Origin: Adineta vaga
Lineage: Eukaryota > Animalia > Rotifera
DNA length: 64,000 bases
Assembly: GCA_021613535.1 (NCBI GenBank)
Contig: CP075496.1
Location: forward strand, 9,734,001 to 9,798,000
Direction: 5' to 3'
In this document: positions 12,957 through 25,294 of the stretch, piece by piece
How the letters are laid out: each line of letters starts with the position of its first letter
Position numbering within the stretch: the stretch's first letter is position 1
The notes under the pieces: model-generated
What the model saw: the letters and a program-made list of their open reading frames with translations, nothing else
Told to the model about the DNA's origin: nothing
Databases searched by the model: none
Made by a program: the position numbers and the translations under genes

Positions 12957-14449
12957 TAAATAAAATAAAATGATTTGTAAAATTGTATTTTGTTGGTAAA
13001 GAATATATTCGTCGTGTTTTATTTCAGTTTATTAAGAACTATTACGGATGATTTCTCTTTATGGATAATTGATAAATGTTCAAGAGCATCGAGACTGAAT
13101 AATAAAGCGTATAAATACTTGTAAAGTTTCAGAACAAACAAAAAACAACTCATCGTATGTGACACAATGACATAAAAGAAAGAAAGTTCCAATTGAAGTT
13201 CAATATTAATACCGAAAGTTGTGGGTTTAATACAATCAAGATGAATACTTACATGATAATGGCGAACAAGATTAGTAAAACGTGAATATATGGAAGAACA
13301 TAGAGCAAATAATAGTTCATTAGACTGAAATTCAGATGTTAGTAATCATATTAAAAACTTATTGTTTTATAAGTAGAAATTTATTCGATTCTTCTAACAA
13401 AAAACGATGAATATTATTGCAAGATCAAGTGATTGTGTAATAATTTGTTAACAAACTAGTTCGATAGTATTCAAGTGAAAAACGTTTTTCATTATATCAA
13501 ATGAATTTATTCAAAGATACTCAGCACTTCGAAAAGTATTCATAGATTTGTGCAGCTCCTTACTTTTGTTTCTTCGTGTAAATGTACTAATTTTCAAGTC
13601 CATATGAATAATATTTCATACACTTGATGATTCATAAAAAACCTGCAAGTGAAAACTCTCGTATGTAAATGTTTTCTGTGCAGTCAATAAATGGAATGAG
13701 TATTGTAAATACTTCTGCAATTGACACTAATACGAAGTAACATCATATGTTGACATGTTCTTTTCACCTAATTAATCGACAAAATTCTATCATATACTCG
13801 ATTATAATAGATGTCCTATTTTTAAGTCACGTATTCCAAATGAAATAATTAATTATGTTCTTTGAAAGTAGAAAAGTTCTAATTAATGTAAAACTCGTTT
13901 AATCATTATCTTCGTTATTAAAAAAATCATTGTCAAACACTATTAACAAAGACAAGCAGCAGTGAATACAAAATAATTACTTATTAAGCTTAGAAAGTTC
14001 ACGTCTCCTTTGTGTTAAATATGCCTTTCCAATAGATGGGTGAAATAAGAAGCAATGTTCTTTTTTTATAATTGACGAAATTAATGAGCAACAAAACTGA
14101 CTTACTTTTTATTTGAAAACTATTCATAGAATTGTACGCTTCTGGAATTCATTAACCTATACACTGTATCTTGCTATTTTAATAAAATGATAAATTGATG
14201 ACAATTCAAAACGACGCAAGAATTTTTGTTCTGTTACAATGGAATAATTTATGAGTGCACTGAGATGATTATTGATCATCAAAATGGATATATCTAGACA
14301 AAATGTGAAAATCGATATCTCTTATTCTACCCAAGAATGATATATTAGTAATATATTGGCGAATATAAGTTCATCACTTCTTATCTGAATGTATTATAAG
14401 ATAGTTCGATAAGGATTTCTTTGAGCTTATTAAAATAATCGGTAAAACT

Positions 14450-15394
14450 GAATTCCGGCAATTGGAATTTCGAAACCTGAATTTCGACACTGTCCAAATT
14501 CAGAAATAATTTGGACAACGTTGTCGAATTTACACTATTGTCCAAATTCTTGTGGAATAACGACAGAATTTATTTTTCCTGGATATTTTGTTGTCCACTT
14601 TTCAACAGAATTTCGACAGAAGTTTATTCAAAAAATACGTCTGAAACTATATCTATAGATAATAAAAATGATGATTGATATTGTATTAAATTATGTGTAT
14701 AGGTATAGGATTTCTTAATTGTATTTTTTTAATCGAATACATTTTTATATTTCTTAAACTTTTTGTCTTTATCAAAACTACGCGATTGATCGATATTCTT
14801 GAAATTTTCTTTGATAGTGTACGAAAAATGTTTTGCCTTTCTTTACATTATCATACGATTTCATCTTAGCATATACCCTCGAACATCTTAGTTAACACAT
14901 GCATTATACAATCATTTTTCTCTATATCTATTATGTATATCTTTTGTTTGGGCTCGATCTAATCATATATATATATATCATTTGGTGTAGGGTGTGGGTG
15001 TGGATGGATGAGGGCGAAAAGAAGAGTATTACCCATCCTCACCCACACCTACCCATATTATTATGTAGATCTTTTCTTATATTGTTTTTCTGTTTCTTTC
15101 ATTTAATCTAATTTTTGTTCAGAATTTTTTTCTGTGTTCTATTTTTTGGATATTGCTGATCTTTTGATTTCTAACAAAATAAAATTCATAGACGGTTTGT
15201 TATAGAATATCTAACTCTTTCTAAATAACTATTTGTTCTTTCTTTGTGAATTAAAGAAAGAGACAAACTCCCCTGTTTTGTCAATATAGTTATTAGATAT
15301 TTTGTCGTATTACCGGAGGAAAGTCGACAGAAAAAAAATTTAAATCTTACACATTGTCGAAATTCAGGTTTCGAAATTCTAACTGCCGGAATTC
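14450..15394. mobile_element. Non-autonomous DNA transposon / MITE with 40-bp terminal inverted repeats
   Basis: 14450-14489 gaattccggcaattggaatttcgaaacctgaatttcgaca matches the reverse complement of 15355-15394 with 2 mismatches; no transposase ORF; no clear TSD. Confidence 0.75.
14990..15050. repeat. Short G-rich/C-rich inverted repeat (hairpin) with TGTGGG-like units
   Basis: ggtgtgggtgtggatggat pairs with acccatcctcacccacacc around a ~20-nt loop. Confidence 0.7.
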
Positions 15395-15446
15395 CATAGA
15401 ACCAAATAATCTAATAATTAGTTGGATACATTGTAGTTCAACTACA

Positions 15447-15727
15447 AAAGGGATTGGTCGAAAAATTATGTCTCTTAAACACGCGGGAAATGTCATAATA
15501 CGAAAGTCCCTACCACGTATAGATCACGAATCTGATGTCCTTTTGTCTAGATCTGATCGTTTCTTTTCAGCGATATCCATGGGGGAGTACCTGAGTCCAG
15601 TACTGAGATCTGGGTACTTCCCTACGGGAAACACCGGAAAAAAAAGATCAGATCTAGATGACAAGGGCTTTCGTATTATGACATTACCAGTATGAGTAAA
15701 ACGTCATAGTTTTCGACCACTCCCTTT
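15447..15727. mobile_element. ~280-bp palindromic fold-back element (MITE-like)
   Basis: Nested inverted arms: aaagggattggtcgaaaa/ttttcgaccactcccttt; aatgtcataatacgaaag/ctttcgtattatgacatt; tctagatctgatc/gatcagatctaga; centre cagtactg at 15598-15605. Confidence 0.8.
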
Positions 15728-16248
15728 ATCTCGTGTTTCTATTTCTGTATTTTCAAAGATATCGTGTAACAGACAAGGAAAGTGTGATCTCAAGATTAAA
15801 TCTTTTCATTAACTGATGTTTCGAGATCATTAACTATGCGACATAGGACGTACTGTATGATGTTCAGAATATGGGATAATTAGAAAAACGGCATGTTTCT
15901 ACAGAAAAAGGATATTCTATTCTATCGTGGCATTGATTTAATGAATAAAAAACAGTAAGAGTTCGATATTCTCCTGTTCTTTCACCCTTTATTCATAGTT
16001 ATATATATATATAAATTGTGAGACAAAATAGTTAGTTTCAATATTTGAAAATATGACAATACACAAATGATGCGTTTATAGGCACGATAAGAATAGTATC
16101 TAATCTTTCACGCTTATTTTTCACTCTTCATATAATTCTAATAATAAATTCTTATTTTTATTTTGTAGATTTTAAAATATATTAAGATCACGTGCAATCA
16201 ATTCATACTATTACTTTTAAATTATTACCTTCTATTCATTTTTTCATC

Positions 16249-17241
16249 ATGAAGTCATCCACAGACATTGATTTTATTGCATCATTAAATTACAACCAGG
16301 AGCAACTGAACCGATTTTTATCATCTACTATTTTCATTTTTGGTGCAGTGGGCAATATTCTCAATTGTGTTCTCCTGTCTGAACGAAAGTTCCGAGCCAA
16401 TCCATGTGCATTACTCTTCCTTGTCTCATCATTTGTTGATCTCATTTCGATTCTCGTCGGTCTACCTACGCGCATCTTAGCTGGTTGGCAACTCGATCCA
16501 ACTACTACCATCACTTGGCTCTGTCGATGTCGCGCTTTCCTCGTCTTCAGTACAAGAACAATGGCAACATGGCTCATCGTCTTCGCAACTGTTGATCGAT
16601 GGCTTCTATCATCCACTGATATTCATCGACGTCAACTCAGTTCAATCAAACATACTAAAATACAAATCATCATCAGTTTCATTCTTTCTATTCTTTCCTA
16701 TGGTCATATGTTGAGTTGTTATGAAGCCAACATCGTTGACCAACCATTGAAATGTTATGGAAATACAAATGCATGTCGACTAGTAACAGATTTGATGTAT
16801 GCAAGTGTTACAATTGTTATTCCATTGATTATCATGATTATCTTTGGTTTGATGACAATCTCAAATGTTCGTCATGTTCATATGCGTGTTCAACAAGGAA
16901 TCAACATTCCTGATAATCATGCATACATGGAACAGAAAAATCATCATGGCCGAAAGGTGAATCATCATTTGCTTCGAATGTTATTTGTTCAAGTGGTTTT
17001 TTTGATTATCTTATGTGTTCCACAAGCGATTCAAAAGATATATATAACTGTGAGACCATTTGGATCAGGATCAGAAGCTGAAGATGCCATGAAGACATTT
17101 TTGTATAATATTGAACTATTGTTGGCATTTATTGCAAGTGGAATGCCATTCTATATTTATACATTATCAAGTGGCACCATGTACCGTACAGCATTGATAG
17201 ATTTAACACATGCAATTCATCGAAAACTGACTTGTCTCTAA
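16249..17241 (+). CDS. Rhodopsin-like (class A) 7TM GPCR, paralogue 1
   Basis: Seven hydrophobic segments, GNILN in TM1, NPC, TVDRW (DRY-like), PFYIY in TM7; first ATG at 16249. Confidence 0.88.
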   Translation: MKSSTDIDFIASLNYNQEQLNRFLSSTIFIFGAVGNILNCVLLSERKFRANPCALLFLVSSFVDLISILVGLPTRILAGWQLDPTTTITWLCRCRAFLVFSTRTMATWLIVFATVDRWLLSSTDIHRRQLSSIKHTKIQIIISFILSILSYGHMLSCYEANIVDQPLKCYGNTNACRLVTDLMYASVTIVIPLIIMIIFGLMTISNVRHVHMRVQQGINIPDNHAYMEQKNHHGRKVNHHLLRMLFVQVVFLIILCVPQAIQKIYITVRPFGSGSEAEDAMKTFLYNIELLLAFIASGMPFYIYTLSSGTMYRTALIDLTHAIHRKLTCL

Positions 17242-18299
17242 TAAGTATATTGACTATCAAAAACAATCAAATTACTTTTTAAAAGAATGATGTATATCAT
17301 CGAATAAAAATATAGTTTATATTTTGTCTTAGCGGTGATTCAGATCTTACTACACAGATTGCATTTAAAAAGGAATTTATGGATGTCTCATTCGATCTTA
17401 CTGTTGCATATGGATACGATTTTAAATGACTCCTGTATGTGAGTGCATTTCCAACTCAAACTCAAGAATATATCAACCATTTTTATACTTAAAACTTATT
17501 AAACATTATAAACGAGAAAAACCTTTGACAACATAATCGAATATTAGATGTAAGTATAGCTTTAGGAGTTTAGATTGTCAAATTGAACACGTTTGTCATG
17601 TCGACCTGAAAATGGACTCTCTAAAAGTAATTTAATTAATTTATGTGCAAAGTATTCAATATGAATAGCTTTTCATCATGTACCAAAAATGATCTAAATT
17701 TAATCGATAAAGTTGGCTTGAAGATAAAAAGGCATGATTATGTCACACTTTTAAACGTTAGTAATTTCTTACGACTATATTTTGTATATTGAATTAATTT
17801 TTATCAAAGAGAAAACATAGATCGCAAACGGTTTCTTTCGTCTACGTGAAATTATCAAAATATGAAAAATGTTATACTCTCTGTGTTAGTCAATATTCAA
17901 CTTTCATTAAATCTTGCTATTCGTCATATAATTCAAGGATATTTCACAACGATGATGTTAGAATTCATTTACTGAAATACTAAACGCAGATCAGTATGCG
18001 TATTAATTTTTCTTCCGGTGTGTATTTAATGAAATTATTATTTATATACGTAAAAAAGATAAATTATATTTATATAGGTGTAATTGTTTCCGTTATATTA
18101 GAATACAAGCGTCTTAAAAATATATTAACATATTTTCAGCGAAATAATTATCAATTAAAATTCAAGTGACCATCTCATTCAAGGGCATTGTTATTGAAGA
18201 TTAGTTTACAAGAATGTTTGAAATTAAATGAACGAGAGAAGTCAAATCATTCTTGATATACTTGTTGACGAGTACTATATAATTTCGCACAGACATCCA

Positions 18300-18591
18300 T
18301 CAAATCCTGATTTTAGGTGATAAAGATGGTTCATTTTCGATATCAGAAGTCATTAGTTCCTGTCACCTCTTCGGGTGCTACTTAAGAGTGATTGTTGTTT
18401 TCTGACAATAATCCTAAAGTTATCAAATTTTGGCAAACCCTCAGCATTTTTTCGTTAGGATTAGACAACTTTTTCATTATCATGAGATGGAACAACGAAT
18501 GATGAGTAAGTAACACCTAAATATTTTGCAGGGACTGATGACATTTGACATCGGAGATGAGCCATCTTTATCACCTTAAAACAGGATTTGA
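18300..18591. mobile_element. ~290-bp MITE with ~60-bp imperfect terminal inverted repeats
   Basis: tcaaatcctgattttaggtgataaagatggttcat… at 18300 vs …atgagccatctttatcaccttaaaacaggatttga ending at 18591. Confidence 0.75.
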
Positions 18592-19249
18592 CGCACACAG
18601 AATTTCATAGAAAACATCTAGTGATTAGAAAACTGCTTTCTATTCCTTCGTTTCTCTCTAAATCCCTATAAGAATTAAGAATTTCTACTTTTCACAGAAC
18701 ATTTTCTATTTTTTTCTCATCTTACCATGTTATTTTGCTATCTCGTATTTTCCATTACATATAGAGTATCCACACTGCTTAATGATTATTATCAAAACCA
18801 AATTTAATTTTTCCGAAAGAAACCATCCAAATCGAGAAGTACATTTATCGTATTGTCGTTGTTAATAGGACTGCACTAAGTACCATAGAAAAACTTCTTA
18901 AAAAATTGACAGCAACAATGAAAGATATTCCACTCTTTTTTTCTAACATTCTTTCTAGAAAATGATTATAAGTTTATCGAAGCAGTAGGTGGTTTCGCAG
19001 TTACTTCTTTATGCTATAACATCAGAGGGTGTTTCTATTATAAGAATAAAGAAAATTACTTTCGGATGATAAGAATATTCTTTACCAATGTCGGAATAAA
19101 ATTTTACTTTATGTTGTTAGTGCAGATCAATCGTTTCTGAATTCACCTTTTGACAGATCCAATTAATATCTACTATCTATCTATATATAGTTTTAGTTTC
19201 AAAAAAACATTCTCAACCAACAAATTCTATAAAAAACGGAGCATTCCGT

Positions 19250-20275
19250 ATGGAATTATTAATAGGTAATAATAGTTTTGATACGCTAGTGCAGATTTCT
19301 CTGCAGTTTGATCGTTATTTCGCGTCTATGATCTTCGTATTTGGTGTGACGGGCAATATTCTCAACTGTCTTCTCCTATCTGAACGAAAATTCCGATCTA
19401 ATCCATGTGCATTACTCTTCCTTGTCTCATCATTTGTTGATCTCATTTCGATTCTCGTCGGTCTACCTACGCGCATCTTAGCTGGTTGGCAACTCGATCC
19501 AACTACTACCATCACTTGGCTCTGTCGATGTCGCGCTTTCCTCGTCTTCAGTACAAGAACAATGGCAACATGGCTCATCGTCTTCGCAACTGTTGATCGA
19601 TGGCTTCTATTATCCACTGATATTCATCGACGTCAACTCAGTTCAATCAAACATACTAAAATACAAATCATCATCAGTTTCATTCTTTCTATTCTTTCCT
19701 ATGGTCATATGTTGCGTTGTTATGAAGCCAACATCGTTGACCAACCATTGAAATGTTATGGAAATACAAATGTATGTCGACTAGTAACAGATTTGATGTA
19801 TGCAAGTATTACAATTGTTATTCCATTGACTATCATGATTATCTTTGGTTTGATGACAATCTCAAATGTTCGTCATGTTCATATGCGTATTCAACAAGGA
19901 ATCAATACTCTTGATAATCATGCACACATGGGACAAAAAAATCATCATGGCCGAAAGATGAATAATCATTTACTTCGAATGTTATTTGTTCAAGTGGTAT
20001 TTGTGATTATCTTATGTGTTCCACAAGCGATTCAAAAGATATATATAACTGTGAGACCATTTGGATCAGGATCAGAAGCTGAAGATGCCATGAAGACATT
20101 TTTGTATAATATTGAACTATTGTTGGCATTTATTGCAAGTGGAATGCCATTCTATATCTATACATTGTCAAGTGGAAACATATTTCGTAAAACATTGATA
20201 AATATGATCCGAAATCTCAACAATAAATGGATTATGTATATACTTCAACTTCATCGAGTACTTTCGTTAAGATAG
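19250..20275 (+). CDS. Rhodopsin-like 7TM GPCR, paralogue 2
   Basis: 341-aa ORF, core nearly identical to 16249-17241. Confidence 0.88.
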   Translation: MELLIGNNSFDTLVQISLQFDRYFASMIFVFGVTGNILNCLLLSERKFRSNPCALLFLVSSFVDLISILVGLPTRILAGWQLDPTTTITWLCRCRAFLVFSTRTMATWLIVFATVDRWLLLSTDIHRRQLSSIKHTKIQIIISFILSILSYGHMLRCYEANIVDQPLKCYGNTNVCRLVTDLMYASITIVIPLTIMIIFGLMTISNVRHVHMRIQQGINTLDNHAHMGQKNHHGRKMNNHLLRMLFVQVVFVIILCVPQAIQKIYITVRPFGSGSEAEDAMKTFLYNIELLLAFIASGMPFYIYTLSSGNIFRKTLINMIRNLNNKWIMYILQLHRVLSLR

Positions 20276-20563
20276 TTTTAATGAAATATTGTAGAATATG
20301 CTAGAATGGATATACCACGCTGTTGTGCTGTTGGAAATTTAGAATGACAGATTTTGTAAATAGAAAAAACTGCATTAATATCGTTCAAAAAATACATGTT
20401 CTTTGAGATATTGATAGGCATGATAGAATGATATATTTTAAAAATATTTAAATAGTATTTATTCTATACAAAATAGTTTTACTACATAAAATGTTTAGTT
20501 TTTTATGCGTTTCAATGAAGACGGAAGGATATTGTTATTTTTATTGTAAAACGCCTGCTGAGA

Positions 20564-21852
20564 TCAAACAATAACTTGATCATTCTCTAAACTTAATAGA
20601 CATTTGGTTTCTTGTACGACTGTTTGAATGAATTCTGTATGTCTTTGATTATCTTCAACAAGTAATGCACATATACTTTGATCGAGAAAGCATTTGAGTA
20701 ATGCAGCAAATCTTAATGCAGCTTCGTTGTAACCATATCGGTAATTCATATATTTAAATAAAATTTCAACATATAAATTTTGAAGATAAAATACATTCAT
20801 GTTATTCGAAAGTAAATTGAACTGGTCTTGGGGTAGATTATTTTCTAAATTCGAAAGTCATGAATGAGAAATCTAATACGAAAAAAAGAATAAATAATAT
20901 AAGTTATTATCTACTTACGAATGATAGCTTCAATAATTGAACTAACATCTTCACAACCCGTTGAAAATATCAAAATTGGTAAAAATAATTTGATTAAAGT
21001 TCCATCATTATCAATTCGCTCATAAATTTTCAAGCCTTCTTCCATAACTATAGAACCATAGATTGCTGGAAAACCAAATTTAAAAGCAACACTATGATAA
21101 GCATCTGTCTCGCGAAATATACTGATTCCAATAAATCCACATGTACTTTTCATATTTCTCTCAATCAATATTGAACGATCATTGATGGAAAGTGAAGAAA
21201 ACTGAGATATAATGTCGATTAACGGTGAGAGAGATAAATACATGGAACTGATAATATCTAAAATATTACTCATTGCCATTTTAATACGAAGTTTCATTGG
21301 ATGCGTCGATTGAGTCTTTAATAACTGCCGAATATATGGTATCGGTGATTTTATAGCATAAACATTGATAATATTCGATAAATTATTCCATTGTTCACTA
21401 TTTAATAGTGATCGATCATTTTGAAGTAAATCCAGTGGATAAATCACATATGATGATTGTTTCTTTTCCAATGTTCGTGTTTTTCGTTTTTGATGAGCAG
21501 CACGAAGTAATTCCCGTTGCATACCAACGGATAAGCATTTCTTCAATCGACAATATCGACAAGCTCGTCGACTATGTATTGTTACATCACATTGACTGGC
21601 AAATACACATTGATTGTTACTCTAGAAAAGATTTGCAGATAGTCTTAAGATAGAGAAAAAGAAATTTCATGTACGAACGAGATCATATTGAGCATTTCGT
21701 CGAAAAAATATTTTACATGACTCACAACATAATGCACCATAATGCATAATTGCTTTTTGTGTACCACATACTGTACATATTTCATCCGATCTCACTTGTA
21801 GAAGTGAATCAGAGACACAAGCAATGACTAGTTCTTGATCTTTATAATCCAT
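20564..21852 (-). CDS. Nuclear hormone receptor (C4 zinc-finger DBD + divergent LBD), 3 exons
   Basis: Exons 21679-21852, 20919-21621 and 20564-20844 splice in frame; CTVCG…HYGALCCESCKIFFRR and C…C…RRACRYCRLKKCLSVGM. Confidence 0.9.
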
Positions 21853-22118
21853 TAAATGTAATCATGTGAATCTAAAATGATAAGTTTTCGTATTAGTTTT
21901 AATAGCGGTAACAACATCATTTCCGTATGCGGGCTGTATAGCAAGCAAACTATAGGATTTAAACAATAACATAATAATATACAACCTTTGAAATTGTTGA
22001 ATGGTATTGACAAGATTATCTATGTAAAGAAAATATAAGAGAGAATTTTCGAACTTTTATTTATGATTTTAACAATCTATTCTCTTGCTGCACAGGCAAG
22101 TATAAAAAATACATGATT

Positions 22119-23136
22119 TCATCTAAAATCATTTTGCATTGATAACGGTTGTCCACTTTTTTCGATCATAGTTTGCACTAATTATTCATCCTTTTAAATT
22201 TCAGCTGCACAATATGTACACACACTTTGATCTAATAAAATCTTAATCAATGCTAAAAATCGTAAACAGGCTTGTTCATAATCATCACGATAGATCGTAT
22301 ATTTAAAATAAATATCTATATAAAAATTTTGAATCGATATCATTTGTTTTGTATTTGAAAATATTCGATATTTATTGATGGAAGTATTGCTATCCAAATA
22401 GATGAACTTATAAACAAGAACTGGTACGTTTTAAATAACAATCAAACCATGAAATGCGATTATCTCAAGATCAAGTATACACACTTATTTCATAAGCATT
22501 GGTAGAAAGTATCAGTTTAGTGGCTGTTAGAAATATCATTATTGGTAATAATAATTCAATTAAACTTGCATCATCATCTGTTCGTTTTATAGATAATTAT
22601 TGCAATATCAGCAATAATTGATTCATAAATTGAAAGGAAACCAATTTTAAATGTTGGATTAGAATAAACATCACTATCATGACATAAAATAATACCACTA
22701 TTACCGGCAACATTTTTTTATATTTCTTTATAATAATATCGATTGAGTCTCCAGTAAACTAACGAATATATGGTATCGATAAATAATTTCATTGTTCACT
22801 ACTTAATAGTGATCGATTGTTTTGAAGTAAATCCAATGAATAAATCACATATGATGATTGTTTCTTTTCCAATGCTCGTGTCCTTCTTTTTTGATGATAA
22901 TATCGGCAAGCTCATCGAATAGACATTGATTATTCGCCTATGAAAGAAAGAATGATGATCTTCTACATTGAAGTAAAATAACTAATGAAATGAAAGATTC
23001 ACTAACTAGATCAAAATATTCATTTCGACGAAAATGTATTTTACATGAAGAACACCATAATGCACTGTAATGTGATTTTGCAATTAAAATCTGATAAATT
23101 CGACATAATTGATTATGGTATCTATTGTTAATCCAT
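22119..23136 (-). pseudogene. Decayed tandem duplicate of the adjacent nuclear receptor
   Basis: Clear nucleotide similarity (e.g. ttggaaaagaaacaatcatcatatgtgatttat in both copies), with deletions removing zinc-finger cysteines, in-frame stops and frameshifts. Confidence 0.85.
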
Positions 23137-25294
23137 CAACGAAGAGTGAAGTCCATAATCCGATGGGTAATTTTTTTGCATTCTACAGGTAAAAACAAAT
23201 AAAAAAATAAAAAGATTTAAGACATAAATATAGGATAGCAATAAAAGTACATATAACGTTGTTCTAATGAAATTCACAATGAATATCATTTCTTGTCAAA
23301 AAACAATCAAAACTCTGTCATTTATTTCAGCATGAAATGTGTAAGATACATATTTGACGATGTTTTTCTTTCAATTTTAAAGTATGCAATACCATTTGTT
23401 ATACCTTTACGTATTTTTTTTATTGTAAAAATATTAATACTATATTTAGTTGATAGAAGAGAGTCAAAAGCACTAACCAAAGGCAATTGGTTCAATTCTT
23501 ATATAGAATTTAATGCACTCACATGCTTTGAAATTTCTCTATTCCTTTCTCGTCTTTTGACGCGTTATACATATTTATGTATATACCTGTAGAAATGAAA
23601 TAATCATCGTCAATAAACAAAATATTTATAATTATCAACTTATTGTCTAAATCCGTTACTAACGATCATATATGTTGATTTACGAGAAACTTTTACAAGG
23701 ATGATCAGATACCATATCGAGTTTTTGAAATTTCCTAATAATTAAGCTGAATGATTTTGCTCATATTATTATCACTGAACTGCTGAAATCGTATAATTAA
23801 TATTAGATCTATATGAAATTGTTCTGTCAAATATATATTTTTATTGAAGAAGTGTATGCCGATAGTTTTCTGCTGCTTTCATATCATACTTAGAAATGAG
23901 TTTAAAGTCAAGTTATGAACACATTCTTATCATGTCGAATAACATAACTATTAAGATACAGCTGAAGTTACTATTCTAATCAGAAATAGGAAAAACTTCC
24001 CTCAAAGAACAAGCATATAGAGAAGTACAACATATGTTACTATTATTGTTTTTGAAAAATATGCTCCGGGAAGAGATATAAAATTAAAACCAAAATGAGA
24101 TATGTTACATTCAGTACCATGACTGTCGAAATATGAGCACTAATTGACGTTTTGAGATCGATATTAACAAGGAAAAACTATTTTAAGTCGTCCTGTCTTA
24201 ATGAACTATGAAGTGGAGAATAGGCATCACAATCGCACAAGCACAAGCCGAAATGTAAAGTCAATGATTGGATTATTCTTTGTGTGCAATGATGAGCGAT
24301 AAGAAAGATGTCGTTCTCTATTGATATCATCAAAAGATAACTGCAGTATTGAAATGTATGAATGTTAGAACAATCTGAGAATGGGCTTAGAAGCAAAACT
24401 TTTCAGATACAAGTCGATGATGATCTAATATGAGATGCGTGTATAGTTTCTCCATACAAACAATTTCTTTGGCATGATTTTAATCATGATTTTTTTAATG
24501 AAACAACTAGGTTGAATACTAACATTGATTCAAGTGTGAGTGTTCGATGGCAAGTAGAAAGTTAACTGCTTTGAAAAGAATCGTTACCTCGAGATATTAT
24601 TCCTTTAGTCACAAAGGATTTAATATGCGATAGAGAAAACTTCTATATTTAACAATCTATTTTAAACTGTTTTATGTAAAAAAATATCATGAATATAGTT
24701 TATTAATAAAAGTAGAACTAAATGTCACTACGGGAAAAAGTCATTTTGTTTCTTAAAATCGCATATGGGTTTGATCAACTTGGTTACATTTATGTTTCTT
24801 TGTCTTCTAGATAATATTGTATGACTAGAAGAAAGTAACAAATTATATTCATATATTTTATTTGAATTTTCATAAAGAATCTTGTTTTTTCCTGAATGAA
24901 ATATATACATGTCGTCTTTCTCTATGTTAGAAAAAAGAAACTTCAGATCAGTTTTTGCATTCAATCGTAAACAGAAAAACAGTCTCATCACTTAATGATT
25001 TAGTTGCTTGATTGAGCAGAAAAAATAGAATCGCATAAACTGCTCAATATGATCTAGACTATGAATAATCATGAAATGAAAATATCCTATTTTTGTTTTC
25101 TACTTCTCTAAGTTTTTCTCATAGGAAAAAGAAAAATCTATTAGTTTTATTATTTTTCATAAAAGGTATGAAGTATTCTCTTTTCTGAGATATATATAAT
25201 TTTGACATTAACCAGAACATTCTCTTCATTCAATAATCTCAATCACAGATAATATTATTTTCAATAAATCCTCTTCGATTTTGAAAAAAATCAA

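Noticed and set aside
15354-15695. 113-aa ORF as a transposase or gene
   Set aside because: It runs across two inverted-repeat elements, starts at TTG and has no DDE or DNA-binding motif.
16290-19617. Similar minus-strand ORFs at 16290-16616 and 19315-19617
   Set aside because: Antisense shadows of the near-identical GPCR cores.
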